Program-made: the position numbers and the translations under genes | In this document: piece after piece, positions 40,790 to 54,783 of the stretch | Numbering within the stretch: the stretch's first letter is position 1 | Layout of the letters: every line of letters starts with the position of its first letter | Source of the DNA: Eledone cirrhosa | Lineage: Eukaryota | Assembly (NCBI GenBank): GCA_964016885.1 | Contig: OZ024742.1 | Coordinates: 54,684,001-54,748,000, forward strand | Direction of reading: 5' to 3' | Length of the DNA stretch: 64,000 bases | The notes under the pieces: model-generated | Database searches by the model: none | What the model was told of the DNA's origin: nothing | What the model saw: only the letters and a program-made list of their open reading frames with translations

Positions 40790-40825
<36 letters not shown>

Positions 40826-41575
40826 TAGTTTCGTCTGTTTAGATATATTTCATAAATATTATCCTAATATTTCAAATGTTATTACTTGATCATATTTTAT
40901 TAATGATCTCCCAATCATATAATTATTTCCTTGCTACATATTAACATTAAATAAATAGAGAATCCAGATGGATTAGTCTTAGTTATACAATTATTATAAT
41001 ATTATTTCAATACGTCTTTTGTTTTCATTAATATCTAACAAAATAAATGGGAGGTTAAAACACCCGGAGATAAATGTGAAAATCTATGATGCACCGGTAA
41101 AAATTGAAGTCTTTTTTTATCACAGGTATTAAACTAATAGAAGATATAATTTCTAGTAATTTATATGAGAGCATGTGTTTTAGTAGTTAGAGTGTTTTTC
41201 CTTGAGAAACATACTCTATTTCATATTACACCCAACACTTGCTTTTTGGTAATACGTGCAGCTCTCAGGCCACGTCAAGGGACCAGATTTAAACCCAATC
41301 ACATACAGATCGACAAATAACACAAAGTTACTTGTTCGAATCTGTAATAATTCCAAAGATTCACCGTCCACAGACTCACACTTTATTTATCGACAACAGC
41401 ATGATACAATATAAAGTTGATTTCAGGTGAGATATTTGAATTCATACAAACATAAATACAGATGCACACTTAGCTGCAAATATGGAAATATGAATATATA
41501 TGGATCAGTGTTTATATGCAAATGTAAATGATTTTAGGTTTTACCACAATACGTGCCTTTAACTGCTATTTAATA

Positions 41576-41604
41576 CCCGAGCAACGCCGGGTACCTCTGC
41601 TAGT
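41576..41604 (+). mobile_element. Helitron-type 3' terminus
   Basis: CCCGAGCAACGCCGGG hairpin followed by CTAG|T. Confidence 0.55.
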
Positions 41605-41924
41605 AACTTATAAACATTTATATTGACCCAATCATAAACGGAATATGGGCAACTGAAAATCAGTTAGATTTGTTTATTGAACACAGGAAAGCCAGCATTG
41701 AAATTGACAGACGTGTTACTGCCTCGAATATAATGCTTTGCAGATTTTAGTTATGGATTTTTAGGTACGCAGTTGACATCGTACTGAGTGGACGCTTTTC
41801 ATTTACCCTTCTAGAAGTCCATAAAATGTAGTAAGTCACAAATATTGTTCTCGATTTTAGCAACTTTAACTTTTTCCGCCAAATATGCTGGTTTCTTTAC
41901 AAATTAAAAATCATTCTTTTTCCA

Positions 41925-42933
41925 GAGTAAACACAAGTTAGTGATAGGGTGGCAACAGGCCACTTTACCTGTCAGGTATGGTGGCCTTGGCCTCCGGTCC
42001 CCGATCTCACTAGCCTTGCCGGCGTATCTTTCGTCGGTAATCTCGTGCCGCGTCCTCGTCAGCAGGGTTTTTCAAAACACAACAGAACCCTCTGTGTTCA
42101 GAGAACGTGAGGCCACCTTGAGATGTGGGACCGGCTGGGACTTCGCCCAGTAGACGTCCCTCCTCCTTCTCTCCCTGTTGACGTCAAGTCACACCAACGC
42201 ACGTGGGATGCCATCCAGTGCAGCCTGGCCTCAGACAGACTCACGCGCCAGCACGACCAGCACCACCTTGCTTATTTTCGTGCGGCCTCCAAACCCCACA
42301 GTGGTGCTTGGCTCAATGCCTTGCACTCCTTCTCCACTGGCACGCAGCTAGATAACCCATAGCCTGCGCATCGGCGTTCCCTGAGGCTCGGCCTCCGGAT
42401 CTGCCAGCCACACCAATGTCGCTGCGGTTCCACCGTGGACTCTTTCGGCCTCCATTCGCTGTCCTGTCGCCAGTGCCGGCCGCATTCCACGCCATGCTGC
42501 CCTCAAGCCGGTGGGGCTGGATCGACGGGACGGCAAAAGGCCAGATGGCATGACCATCTTCTCGTTCCGCGGTGGCAAACCCCTCGTCTGGGATGTCACT
42601 TGCATCGACACTTTCTGCAGCCGCAAGCTGGTGCAGTCTGCGACTGACCCAGGTTCTGCTGCACGTCGGGCTGAGGGGGCCAAACTCCTCAAATACCGGT
42701 CGCTCTCCGACAGGTTTGCGGTCGTACTCCTGGCAGTGGAGACTTCTGGTGTCCTCGGCCCCAGGGCTACCTCCTTGCTCACCACCATAGGCGCTGAGCT
42801 GGCCAGCCGCAGGTGTGAGCCCCGCGAGTTGGAGTGGCTTTTCCAGCGCGTCTTCCTTGCCGTCCTCCGGGGAAACACCTTCTCCACTCTTTCCGCTGAG
42901 GCTGCGGGTGGGCCCAATCGCGTACCGTTGTAG
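41925..42933 (+). mobile_element. 3' part of CRE-like non-LTR retrotransposon (Zn knuckle + restriction-like endonuclease)
   Basis: [65 protein letters not shown]. Confidence 0.8.
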
Positions 42934-43041
42934 TTGTTGTATACAGATATTAACTGATCAAAGATAGGCATTTGTGCCTGGTATCACATTTTAACTATAT
43001 CACAACGTGGTTTTGTCTTTGAATGTAGATAGTGTATATAA

Positions 43042-45203
43042 CACTGGTCTGCGTTTTAAAACTTTTTTTAAAAGGTCAAGGGTTTTCCAAATGATTTAGG
43101 ACCCTTTTGGCATGCTGAATTCAAAAATACAGATATAGTCTATTTATTTTCCAGCATATTTTTCTAAAATATTGCAATCCAAGTGTTTATGGGCTTTGCT
43201 TTTGCAAAACCGGGTCGTGGGTAACCTTTAATAATTATTTTTATTTCTCTTTTCAGGTCTAGAAAAATGGATCGGAAGTGTAAAAACCATCCTAATAGGT
43301 TCTGTTACATCTGCGGACATGTGGTTCTTCCAGACCGTCAAGCAAAAATCACGGATTTTGTGAAGAAGGCATATCACGCTTACTTTGGAGTCAAACTAGG
43401 GGACCAGGATAAGCTATTCGCTCCCAATATCTGCTGCAAAACATGTGTAGAGAACTTACAGGATTGGAGGAACAAGAAAAGGAAGAGTATGCCATTTGGT
43501 GTCCCAATGGTGTGGAGGGAAGGGAAAGATCACGTTACCGACTGCTACTTTTGCATGACAAATCTAAAAGGCATCAATCGCAAGAACACACACCATGTTC
43601 AATACCCTGATGTTCCTTCTGCCATAAAGCCAGTCCCCCATGGCCCCGATCTTCCTATTCCTGAGCCAAATGTCACCATGGAATCTAGTTCTGATTCCGA
43701 ATCTAGTGACATGATTGATACAGCTAAGTATGATGAATACAGGTCAGAGAGAGGACGACCAACCAGTGCCTTTGACCCGAGCCGAACTCAATGACCTGAC
43801 ACGAGACCTGAACCTTTCAAAGGAGTCTGCCCAGCTACTGGGTTCTCGTCTTCGAGAGAAACGTCTACTGGCGCCAGGAACAACATTCTATTGGTATCGG
43901 GACCGCGAGAGAGAATTTAGAAAATTCTTCATATTTGATGAAGCATCTTCACTGGTCTACTGTAGCAATATTGTTGACCTGCTTGAATTACTTGGTCTGA
44001 AGTATTATGCTATGGAATGTAGACTTTTCATTGACTCATCTAACAGAAGTCACAAAGCAGTTCTTCTGAATATCGGAAACAGGTTTTCATCGATCCCTGT
44101 TGGGCACTCAGTTGAAATGAAAGAATCCCACAAAAGCATAGAACGTCTGTTGTCTGCTCTGAACTACCAGAAACATAAATCGTTGATCTGTGGAGATCTT
44201 AAAGTTGTTGGACTCATCCTAGGACCTCAAGGTGGTTACACAAAGTATCCATGCTTTCTGTGCTTATGGAATAGCCGTGCTGATGACCAGCATTATGTCA
44301 GACAAGAGTGGCCATTAAGACAAGGATTAAAACCTGGATCACACAACGTTTTGTCCCACCCTCTGGTTGAACCGAGCAAGATATTGCTTCCAACCCTCCA
44401 CATCAAACTCGGTCTCATGAAGAACTTTGTAAAGGCATTGGACAGGGAAGGTGGAGGATTTGCTTTCCTCCATCAGAAGTTTCGGCGAAAAAGCATGGAG
44501 AAAATTAAGGCAGGTATATTTGATGGTCCTCAAATAAGGGAACTCATCAAGGATACTAGTTTTGATGGTGCACTGAATCCTGCTGAACTCTCTGCCTGGT
44601 TGTCCCTTAAGTCAGTCATTGCAAACTTCCTTGGCAACCACAGAAGTTCCCAGTATCAGAAGGTGGTTGATGAGTTAATGGAGAATTTCCACCAACTTGG
44701 TGCGCGCGTGTCAGTGAAAATGCACTTCCTCCGGTCTCATCTGGACAATTTTCCAGAGAATTGTGGAGACTTCAGTGAAGAACATGGTGAGCGCTTTCAC
44801 CAAGATATCAGTGTTATGGAGGAACGCTATCAAGGCCGATAGGATGTCAACCTTCTGGCCGACTACTGCTGGTGCCTAAAGAGGGATGGGCAGTCTGCTC
44901 AGCACAAAAGGAAGTCCCTGAAGAGACCATTCATCCATGAGTAGCTTCCTTAGTTCATTATACTCTTCTTGCTATCTATTCAAAATATTTTGTAAGCCTT
45001 CTATGAATAAATCAGTCTAATATTTTCAATATTGCGTTTTATTCACCTACAAATAGATCGGAATTTAGGATATTTTTAATGTGCTAATATTTAATTAACC
45101 TGATCTGATTGAGTAAAATGAGCATGATCTTTGGATTCAGTGCAAAAAACTGGCCTAAAATCATGTATTATATGTTAGACCTTGAAAACATCGTAGACCA
45201 GTG
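43042..45203 (+). mobile_element. Chapaev3-like (CMC superfamily) DNA transposon
   Basis: TIRs CACTGGTCTGCG...CGTAGACCAGTG (11/12 match) enclosing a transposase; family name from recalled protein signature. Confidence 0.75.
43267..44944 (+). pseudogene. Transposase with N-terminal Cys finger; one frameshift (~43750) and one premature TAG (44840)
   Basis: CYICG...DCYFC; LFIDSS, ICGDLK, PCFLC, LHIKLG, EHGERFHQ, RYQGR*DVNLLADYCW. Confidence 0.85.
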
Positions 45204-45339
45204 AATCAGTTAGTGATAATACCGTAAATGGAAACGACTGAATTACAACGCATCGAACATACAAGAAAGTAAGCGTCCGTTTTATCAGGATGTAAAGAAA
45301 CTGTTTCCATTCTTACAGAACCTTTAGACTTATATAGCA

Positions 45340-46554
45340 CTAGATGGCCCGTGCTGCTGGCGCCCGGCTAGGTATACCGGCATTTTATCTTTTCAGGATT
45401 GCCCCCTCCACTCCAGTGCAAAGATACCTCACGCCCTCTCAAGTCAGCTAGGTTGGGGTGGGGTGGGGTTGGGGGTTGGGGTTAACGTGCTCTGATGTTG
45501 GGTTTGAATAGTTTTTAGGATTCCTCAGTTCAGCAGCCAGTACGTTAAAGAAAATTAATAGTTACTACAATAAAGGTTGAGCAGAGAACACATTTATTAA
45601 CAAACTTTACAGAAACTAACATAAAATACATAAATTACATTGTTAGAGTCTCAGAGTACACAATATTTTTATTCGGCCCTCGGGAGTAAATATGAAGAGA
45701 TTGTTTGGCGAACTCACCTTAGAGCATCATACATGCAATTGACCATGGGAGAAGCATGGTTTTCCCAAATGAAGGCCAGCCACTTTTAAGGTTTGACCCT
45801 GAGATTTGTTGATGGTAATCACGAAGCTTAGTCTCACTGTTGCTCTAGTAACATTTTTTCTTCTGGAATATCTGATCTTGCAGCCAGGCTGGGACATTTT
45901 GGGGCATATCGGCAGTAACAATGACGATAAGCCGTCTGTACTTTCGTGAAATAAATACGTTTGTTTATATTTTGTTTTTGTGTATGCAAAAATATCTGTA
46001 CACGAATATATAATTATATATATATATATATATATTAAAACAACAGATTAAAGTTTAAGCAAAGAATCGCTGCTTTCACCCTTAACGGGATCTTCTGAAC
46101 CTAAAAAAATCAATCTGTGAACACAGAAGTAAATATTTCGAAAAACGTTGCAACCGAAGGAAAACGGAAAGACGATACTTTGGTTCGTGAAGACAGACAG
46201 ATATTATAAGCGTGCGATGTTATAGCTATTTATCTAATGCAGACAGCCAGAGATACAGAGACATATTATAAGGGCGCGACGTTATACCTATGTATCTATC
46301 TAAAAAGACAGACTAAGAAAGAGAAGGGAATGTCGTATAACCGGAAGTGGTGACATTTGAAAATTTTAAAGAAGTGAATATTTAAATAAACGATAAAATA
46401 TCTTTAATCTTTTAACGGAATTTAGAAGACAAAAATACGCTCACTTTCATACTTGGAAAAAGTTACATCTATAGTGCAAATTTGGTGCTGTTCGGTCCAA
46501 CAGTTTGGCGAAGAGTTTGTTACATACATACGGCCGTCAGCTTTATAATATAGA
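45340..46554 (-). mobile_element. Internally deleted Helitron carrying the PIF1-helicase C-terminus, with nested PLE pLTR piece (46035-46190)
   Basis: Minus 5' A|TCTATATTATAAAG, 3' CTAG|T; TINKSQGQTLKVAGLHLGKPCFSHGQL at ~45730-45840. Confidence 0.75.
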
Positions 46555-47245
46555 TGTTCACAAAATTCATTTTCTATGCCTCAGACAACAAATAGTAAAT
46601 TGTTTAATGATGTTTCTATTCATGTTCGTGTACATATGAAGAATATTATAAACCAAAAGTCGATATGAAAATCATTGTTTATATTTGATTATTGTCGTTA
46701 TTTTTTATAGTGAATTAATCATTTGTGGCAGCAATTTTTTATAAGCAGCTGCTAAAACATTAAGTTAATACGAAACAGTAGATGTGAGGATGGGGAAAGA
46801 AACAAATCGAAACAAACATATAAATATATATACAGCATGTTTTCTATCGAAAGTATAGAAGATTCTTCATAAATAACATTGGAATATCGGACAGATTTCA
46901 CTGAAACAATATATATATATATATATAAACAGGTGGAAGCTTAGTAAAATTGAAGCCTTGGCTGTGTGCAAGCAATATCGACCTACAATAGGAATGAGAT
47001 AGCAAAGCACTCAATAAAGATAGGTCCTTCGAGTAATAACATACGTTTAAATAGCTTGACAAATTGAACATTGCGGTAGGCAAAACTCAACCACACAATA
47101 CCAAAGCAACGAAAGAACTAACATATATATCTAACATAATCTTCTGAAACTAAAAAAAAAACAATCTGAGATTGTTTTCTTTTTGTTTCAGAAGATCCCC
47201 TTAAGGGTGAAAGCCGCGATTCTTTGTTTAAACTTTAATCTGTTA

Positions 47246-47288
<43 letters not shown>

Positions 47289-47441
47289 AGATCAAAAGAT
47301 GGTTAAAGGAAGGACCATCAAAAGGTATCCAATATGATGCATACTCCAATATTATGCATACTCCAGTCCCACAAACTGTAGAGTGCTTCTTATCCGATAT
47401 CTGCATTGCTTTATTGTACTACAATAAAACTCACCTCCTAC

Positions 47442-47473
<32 letters not shown>

Positions 47474-47533
47474 TTATTAAAATAAATATATATCGAGCCC
47501 TCTTTGGATTTTAGTCTTCAAATTTATTATTAT

Positions 47534-47569
<36 letters not shown>

Positions 47570-47571
<2 letters not shown>

Positions 47572-49930
47572 ATAATAATAAATTTGAAGACTAAAATCCA
47601 AAGAGGGCTCGATAAGGATAAATATATATCAAATATATAAGAACCGTAGAGCAAATATTTATTAAAATAACAGATTAAGTTTAAGCAAAGAATCGCTGCT
47701 TTCACCCTTAACGGGATCTTCTGAAACTAACAAAGTCAATCTGTAAACGCAGAAGTGGATATTTCAAAAACCGTTGCAACCGAAGGAAGACAGGAAGACG
47801 ATATTTTGGTTCGTGGAAACCTTCCCTGGCAAAGAACGGGAAAAAACGAATATAATACGTCATTAATAGGAGCGGTGAAAAACAATTACGTGCAAAGCCA
47901 GAACCACGTTTATGGTTTAAATGAAGTCGTAGACTAATATTTTCTTAGGTGGTTCATAGAGACGTTCTCTGGCAATGAACGGAAAAAACGAAAATAATAC
48001 GTCATATGTGGAGCGTGGAGAACAATTGCACGCAAAGACAAAACCACGTAAATGGTATAGCTGAAGTCGTAGACAAAAATTCTAACTAGGAAACCGAAAG
48101 AATCTCCGCTTCAGAATTAAGAATAAAGTGAATAAAATACAATACAGAAGTAATAGAAATTAAATAAATACATACACGCATGCAAATACGTACATACACA
48201 AGCATACGCGAAAACACTTGCCATAGGTATACAAAACCACGCACATATAAATATGTGTGTGTGTATGTGTATACAAATAAATAAATAAATAAATAAACGT
48301 ATATAAATAAATAAATACGTATATAACAAGCGCACACACATACCCACAAGTAAATACACAAATGTTTGGATACGTACGTCAACCAAAACATGAAGTACAC
48401 ATATACATACAGCCTACATACGTACGAACCTGCATACTCACACAGACGCACAACTCCCGTATACACAAAACCAAACCATATGTACCAGAATATATAAAAT
48501 TATACGCCACAACATCCGGGAAATGCCTCTCTAGTAACATTGTCTACAAATTTAAGGTTGAAACACCCACGTCCCGTAGGGCCTACATAGGGTCAACCGC
48601 CAATAGATTCAAGCAGCGTCTTTACATGCATACCCATTCTTTTTGCTACCCTCTAAGAAGGAATATGACGTCACTTTCAGCTTATATCTGGAGTCTAAAA
48701 GACAACCACACCCAATATAAGTTACACTGGGATATCCTAGCTAGGGCTAGATCGTATAACGGAAATAAAAGACCTTGTGACCTCTGCACCGTTGAGGCTC
48801 TGGAAATAATCTACGCCACAGACCACATCTTAAACAAAAAATCTGAGGCAATTCCGGCTTGTAAACATAAATTGCTCAAAACTTTCCTGTATTACAGTCC
48901 CACATTATACCCTAACGGATAGTACGATCTATACGTGGATATTTTACGTCTTGATGTGGTAGCTAAGTATATGTTTTGTTTATACCATTACTTATTTGCA
49001 TAGGTAAGTATATATTACCTGTATGTTTTGTGAAGGTAGGTATACTTTCTCGTACGTATATTTGATTGTATATGTTATGGCGTGTAATTTTATATATTCT
49101 GGTACATATGGTTCGGTTATGTGTATACCGGAGTTTTGCGTCTGTGTGAGTATGCAGGTTCGTACGTATGTAGGGTGTATGTATATGTGTACTTCATGTT
49201 TTTGTTCACGTGGGTATCCGAACATTTGTGTATTTACATGTAGGTTTGTGCGTGCGCTTGTTATATACGTATTTATTTATTTATATACGTTTATTTATTT
49301 ATTTATTTATTTGTATACACACACACACACACATATTTATATGTGCGTGGTTTTGTATAGCTATGACAAGTGTTTTCGCGTATGCTTGTGTATGTACGTA
49401 TTTGCATGCGTGTATGTATTTATTTAATTTCTATTACTTCTGTATTGTATTTTATTTAGTTTATTCTTAACTCTGAAGCGGAGATTCTTTCAGTTTCCTA
49501 GTTAGAATTTTAGTCTACGACTTCAGCTATGCCATTTACGTGGCTTTGTCTTTGCGTGCAATTGTTCTCCACGCTCCACATATGACGTATTATCTTCGTT
49601 TTTTCCGTTCATTGCCAGAGAACGTCTCTATGAACCACTTAAGAGAACATTATTCTACAACTTCTTTTATAACATAAACGTGGTTCTGTCTTTGCGTGTA
49701 ATTGTTTTCACCGCTCCTATTAATGACGTATTATATTCTTTTTTTCCCATTCTTTGCCAGGGAAGGTTTCCACGAACCAAAGTATCGTCTTCCTGTCTTC
49801 CTCCGGTTGCAACGTTTTTTGAAATATCCACTTCTGCATTTACAGATTGACTTTGTTAGTTTCAGAAGATCCCGTTAAGGGTGAAAGCAGCGATTCTTTG
49901 CTTAAACTTTAATCTGTTATTTTAATAAAT
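47570..49930 (+). mobile_element. Fold-back PLE of the 21.4-25.1 kb family: inverted UTR/pLTR + EN fragment (48512-48922) + UTR/pLTR
   Basis: 47657-48509 is the reverse complement of 49078-49930; EN is highly similar to 23687-24090 (YIGSTANRFKQR, CDLC). Confidence 0.9.
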
Positions 49931-50187
49931 ATATATAAAGAGATGAATATTTCCAGATACATTTTAAGTGTAACTTTCCGTATTTATCATTACTATGAAA
50001 TATTGATTGTTAATCTGGTATCATATCTCTGTTTTTAGTCTAAGAAAATACCTATATGCGTATATAAATAATACATGCAATTATTTATTTTTTAAAAATC
50101 TAATTGAGTTCTTCACACGCAAGGTTAAAATTATTGAAAAAATAAATTGACCCGCGTACATATTATTTTACTTTCTTGTGTTTCGCG

Positions 50188-50650
50188 ATGACCTCCCATT
50201 TCCGCTTGATGACAGTGTGAAATTTCTCATTCTGAGACTGCTGGAATTTCCAATTTGGCTGTCATTCTGATACGGAGAGGGACCATCGCTAAACATTGGA
50301 TTGGATATCGGTAAGAAAGTTTTTTGATATCGATGTTTGACGGGCATCCACTGATGATTTATAAGTGCCCACCTGCATATATTCCTACGGATTGTGTAGG
50401 CTTCTACATAACCTGGACACATTTTTCCCAACTTGTAGAAAACTTATAATGAAACAATTGTTTGGAAAGGGAGATGTATTTTAATTATGTCTCATATAAA
50501 ATAATACAACTGGCTATCCGCAAAATACATATAGTTAGCACCCCAAACGTAAAATTGGGATTAGACTAAGGTATATCCTAATGTTTGTTGAGTGAGATGG
50601 AAGCCAGTCAGAGTATAGCTTAACGCTTTCTCTGTTAATGTATTAAATAT
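50188..50650 (+). mobile_element. PLE pseudo-LTR-like repeat (copy 2) with hammerhead at 50347-50466
   Basis: Homolog of 1-465; tcca-CTGATGA-t-ttataag...cttataa-t-GAAA-caattg-TT-tgga. Confidence 0.7.
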
Positions 50651-50652
50651 AT

Positions 50653-50722
<70 letters not shown>

Positions 50723-50726
<4 letters not shown>

Positions 50727-51744
50727 CTTATGTTCACCGAATTCACAGACTAGATTCCTTCTTCCTCCCGTTAGACCTGTACGGAATTCCTTCCTTGCTC
50801 ACATTCCAACCAGGTTTGATGGTCTTTATTCTCTCTCGTTCACGATTTCACCGAACTTATATTCATGTAAAGTTGGGACTTGACTCGTTCTTCCTCATTT
50901 TTCGTTGCTTCACCATCTTTGTTTGTTTACACTCTCGTGTCCCCTTTATTTACGTGTCCCAACGACTTTTTATAGCCGTTGCTCGCACCAACCGGAGGTA
51001 TATGTTCTTTAAAGCGATGAAATACCAATGATGGTTGGAAGATCACTGATGAAGGACTAATTTTATTCATATGTAACCCATTTGCAACCACGCAGCACGT
51101 TTATTCTCATATATACACATATTTTTCCCCCGCTGTGACCCGTCTATTTCGTTCTTACTGCTTCCTCTTTCTCTGTATCTTTGCCCTCTCTAACAGTCAC
51201 TCTCTCTGTTAGCCTCTTCCTCACCCTTCACTCACTCACTCTCTGTTACTACCTCTCCTCCTCCTCCTCCTTCTTCCCGTTTGACCTGTGCGTTATTCTT
51301 TTCTTTCGCACGCTTGGTCAGGCTGGTTCGCTTTTTTTCTCTCTCTCGTCTACGATTTCACAGAACTTATGTTCACCGATTTAACAGACTAGATTCCTTC
51401 TTCCTCCCGTTAGACCTGTACAGAATTCCTTCCTTGCTCACATTCCAACCAGGTTTGATGGTCTTTATTCTCTCTCGTTCACGATTTCACCGAACTTATA
51501 TTCATGTAAATTTGGGACTTGACTCGTTCTTCCTCACTTTGCGTTGCTTCACCATCTTTGTTTGTTTACACTCTCGTGTCCCCTTTATTTACGTGTCCCA
51601 ACGACTATTTTTAGCCGTTGCTCGCACCAACCGGAAGTATATGGTCTTTAAAGCGATGAAATACCAATGATGGTTGGAAGATCACTGATGAAGGACTAAC
51701 TTTATTCATATGTAACCCATTTGCAACCACGCAGCACGTTTATT

Positions 51745-51748
<4 letters not shown>
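50723..51748 (+). repeat. ~385-bp direct repeat (offset 639) between (TA)n tracts; partial-tandem pLTR-like
   Basis: 50723-51108 is near-identical to 51362-51747. Confidence 0.85.
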
Positions 51749-51805
<57 letters not shown>

Positions 51806-52723
51806 TCGAAAAAGTTGCCGCTGATCATGACCGCCAAAAGATAATTATTTTTCATCAAATATATTAATATATACGTCAAAACAATTTAAGCTCTTCCGCG
51901 TTATTTCAAAATGCATATTAATCTATTTAGCTCAAAAATATTCAAATATAGCATTACAACAACTATGATGAGATATTAGCTACTCACAATTACGCTAAGT
52001 ATTAAATATCTGGAATATCCTGAATATTCTGTTTTGTAATTATATTCTAACTGACACCAACACCTGAAAGTGTAATATAGAAGAATTCAATAAATATCTG
52101 ATGCAGTGAATAAGCTGATTTAAATATTAGATATGATATATTTATCACTAAATGTTTTAGATTCCTTCATCATTCTTTCTACATGAAATAATTATCCTGA
52201 TTAATTTAAATTCTTCTAGCTGAATTTATATAACTTAAATTAAATTGTCTATTGAGCATACATACAAACATATTTGAATTAATAAATACATCACAAATAT
52301 GTTATATAACATATGATATTTTAAAAGTAATATCTCATGCGAATTTTTCTAATAGAGTAGTGATTAATGTGCTTTTAACTAGATAATAATCCTTGCTCTA
52401 CATCAGAATAAATGGCATATATTTCTGGCTGTAAATGTAATTTTTTAATGATGTTTTGAAGTAGTGTAAATGAATAAGGAACAATAAAATAGTAATAGAA
52501 CGAAAACAAAATAGAATCTGATAGCATTTGTTACATAAGTAATAATTTAAAACCTGGGTAGACAGAAACAAATATATTTTAGATAACTATGTAGCATGGT
52601 TTTCTAATTCTTCAGTCCACATCCATTAACTTCAAACCACTTATCTAAAATACAAATACAATACGCAAAGCATAAATGATTCGATAAATCATCCGTTATT
52701 GAAAAGATAACCACACACACTCA

Positions 52724-52789
<66 letters not shown>

Positions 52790-53248
52790 AATGGAAAACG
52801 AAGAATCAGTGATGCATCGGAACACACTTTATTACGTATTACTTTTGTTTCTCCGGCGAACAGCTCGATGGGTGATCTGTTTGTGGATCTAACCTGTCTC
52901 TGGATACGAAAGTTCCTGAGATACGTCTAGTGATTTGAAAGCAAATTCTCTTTGAAAGAGAAATTGCTACTTACCCCTTCGTTTCTGTCGAGAGTTATAG
53001 GAGATGGATTCTTGTAGAATTCCAGTAATGTTTAGGAGCTGATTAAACAGAGAGGTTGCCGGTCCAGCATCAATTAGTTATTAGTATTGGTGCTCTGATT
53101 ACTCCGCTTTTTTTTTTTCAGAGAAATAAGTGTTATAGGCACTATTTTAAATTTATAGCGAATGATCTCCAAAATGTTTTTAATTGAACATGCAGCATAT
53201 TATCAAATATACTACATACATTCATATATACGTCGCTACATCTCTCTC

Positions 53249-53320
<72 letters not shown>

Positions 53321-53397
53321 AACCCCACTCTCAAGAGCGTGAAACTAATAAACCTTTGTTCGTACTACCTCTCTGTTTTGTTCTCGTTCAATTTTTT

Positions 53398-53469
<72 letters not shown>

Positions 53470-53591
53470 GGTCTGAGTTCAAATACCGCCGAGGTTAACT
53501 TTGCTTTTCATTCTTAAGGGGTCGATAAAATGAAATACCAGTAATACACTGGGATAATTGCTGGTCTTGTGCCGAAAGTAGACACAATTAT
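53470..53591 (+). mobile_element. SINE family A, 5'-truncated
   Basis: B box and central domain as in 16985-17150; a further 3' stub at 55460-55522. Confidence 0.75.
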
Positions 53592-53667
53592 ATGTATATA
53601 TATATATATATATATACATAATATATATATATATATATAATATACATATATATATAATATATATATA

Positions 53668-53742
<75 letters not shown>

Positions 53743-53743
<1 letters not shown>

Positions 53744-54122
53744 TAGCATTAAAGCCCGGCGTTGCTGTGGGTCAGTAAGTTACCAAAGTTAGGTTGCACC
53801 ACACATTTTATGGCAGCACTTTTTTGTCCGCCAGGCACTGGGTGAATGAATTGCAGACCTGGACTACCGAAGCAGGAGCTGCGCCAGCAGTGGCAATTGT
53901 AGTTTCGCCTATGGATAATATCTCTGTGCAAAGAAGTGTTCATATTTTTTTGTTTCACAGTACGTGTGCAACACACGCGTAGACGATGCCAGCCGAACAA
54001 CAGAGCTGCGATGGAGTTGTTTTGCATGGTTGTCTAATGTGTGTTTCCCAAATTTAAGACAGTAGGGAGGGGTGTGATATGGGGGAGAGTTAGCTGCTGT
54101 TTCTAGCAGGTTTAGTGACGTC
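53743..54122 (-). mobile_element. Helitron-like non-autonomous fragment
   Basis: Plus strand ACTAGCATTAAAGCCCGGCGTTGCTGTGGG is a reverse-complemented hairpin+CTAG 3' end, similar to 41576-41604; other boundary uncertain. Confidence 0.45.
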
Positions 54123-54164
54123 ATATATATATGCATATATATATACTGTATATAGTAATATATA

Positions 54165-54261
<97 letters not shown>

Positions 54262-54371
54262 CACATATATATATATACACACATACATACACATATATAT
54301 ATATACAGACATATATACACATATATATATATATACATTTATATATATATATATATATATACATATATATG

Positions 54372-54542
<171 letters not shown>

Positions 54543-54717
54543 CATGCAATTATGCAAATATGCCTGTCTGCTGATATGCAAATCTGGCTGATCAGTGGAT
54601 CTGCTAATATGCAGATCTGACTGATAAGCCAGTCTCCTAATATGCAAATCGGCACGATCAGTCACTGTGTGCTTTTGAATATAGCATATATTTTCACTAG
54701 CTCTGACAGTTTGGCAG

Positions 54718-54783
54718 GTAAACAGTGAGCTGTACTGATGAAGGGTGAAACCCAGAAACATTAGTGTCTGCAGTTCTGTTTGC
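54718..54783 (+). ncRNA. Canonical type-I hammerhead ribozyme
   Basis: gtaaacag-t-gagctgta-CTGATGA-a-gggt/gaa/accc-a-GAAA-ca/ttag/tg-TC-tgcagttc-tgtttgc; GUC cleavage triplet. Confidence 0.85.
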
